The notes below the pieces were generated by a model. That model saw only the letters and a program-made list of their open reading frames with translations, had not been told where the DNA came from and did not search any database. DNA of 64,000 nucleotides, from NCBI GenBank assembly GCA_030390025.1, contig CM059432.1, forward strand, positions 104,038,001 through 104,102,000. Direction: 5' to 3'. Origin of the DNA: Squalus acanthias (taxonomy: Eukaryota). Positions within the stretch are counted from its first letter, which is position 1. The number at the start of each line of letters is the position of its first letter. Positions 62,866 to 64,000 of the stretch are shown piece after piece. The position numbers were made by a program, and so were the translations under genes.

Positions 62866-64000
62866 TATGCGCCCACCCTGTTGTAACATTTCTACACAAT
62901 ACAGGAAGGAGGGTATACCTCCCCAAATGTTTTGGAACCTGAACAGTAGTACCTACTTGATTACTCGGGTAAAAAATACCACCCAGTTTAAAAACCACAC
63001 CAAATACAATTCAAAGCTTTAAGACACCCCATAATTGTGATCCAATCACATTACAAAGCTGTTGACGTTAAAACACAAAATATGTTAATCATTTTGACCT
63101 GACAAGCATAAAGAAACTAATTTTGTTTTGTAAATTAAGTGCTAGTAGACAACTATTTTGTACCTCACATATAACTACTGTAATGTTGAAACAGAACCTA
63201 TTCCTATTTCAGTTGTATTCCTTCCCTAGGCTTCACAGCTTGCAACATTCAGAAACTCTTGCACCAGTTCCATACCCATGCTTGATGAGACCAGGCAAAT
63301 GTGTCAAGTACTTAACCAAACATCAAATTAGGCAGTTTCAGGAAGGAAGTATTCAGTCAAAAAAGCTTGGATGAATTGAGCAGTGTACTTGCATCTGTGA
63401 GGCACGCTCTTGTGATGCAATTGTGTACACAGCATCCTTCAATTTGATCAGGATTAACCATAAGTTTTCTGAATTCTGCTGTTGTGCTATTAAGATTAAG
63501 AGATTTATGAGTGCACGATACAATACTGGTTGATTACAGCTGATGTATTAACATATACTGCTTTTGATTGAATTATCATATGCAACAGGAATAATTTTGT
63601 AAAAATTCATACAATATTGCTATTAGCAATTGTCCACAACTAATTTTATGTATAAATACAGGGTACTTGAGTTTAGTGTACTTTTAATTCATTTTTTAAA
63701 AATAATATCTCAATTCATATAATAGTATATTCCAAATCCAGCAGGTGCAGCTTTTCTCTTTAGATCAGCTCCATTGACAGATGAAACAGCCACTGAACCA
63801 CTGACTGTGAGAAGATGCTTATAACCAACAGGATGGCACTGCACAATTGCAGTATGTTCAGCCTGGCAAGTTAGATGCAGTTGACCTAGTGAGGTAGCAG
63901 GAATGCTTCCACACTTGATTTTCTTTTTTTTTTTACAGTAATTAATTTTTAATTGTAATATTTATGGCATAATGGCATTATATATTCTGCTGAAAGAAAT

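Noticed and set aside
56200..64000. EIF3H exon 4 (DPIKTAQGSL...)
   Set aside because: Searched by eye on the minus strand and not found; presumably beyond the window.

Overview
Repeat-dense vertebrate genomic DNA, most likely from a cartilaginous fish. This is inferred from the HE1/V-SINEs, SacSINE1-type Deu-SINEs, CR1 LINEs and Penelope elements. The only host gene I can support is EIF3H (eIF3 subunit H) on the minus strand. Its last four coding exons (55995-56144, 34688-34808, 32416-32548, 29162-29259) have canonical GT-AG sites and consistent phases, followed by a polyA signal. The upstream exons lie beyond the right edge. The rest is mostly transposable elements: (1) two degenerate PIF/Harbinger DNA transposons (transposase plus Myb/SANT partner gene) in mirror arrangement at 1-5006; (2) a four-element nest at about 9100-18300, where an old CR1 contains a Harbinger-type MITE and a young CR1, and the young CR1 contains a near-intact Neptune-type Penelope retroelement with a 14-bp TSD and a minimal hammerhead ribozyme; (3) many CR1 fragments, SINEs and MITEs (Harbinger, hAT, pogo/Tigger). 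I found no convincing new multi-gene system. The best leads are the Penelope/hammerhead element and its in-frame fusion to a CR1 endonuclease fragment, an apparent series of HE1 SINE tail replacement with the donor CR1 present in the window, the paired Harbingers, and candidate conserved non-coding elements near EIF3H. Repeat family names come from recalled consensus motifs, not from database searches.
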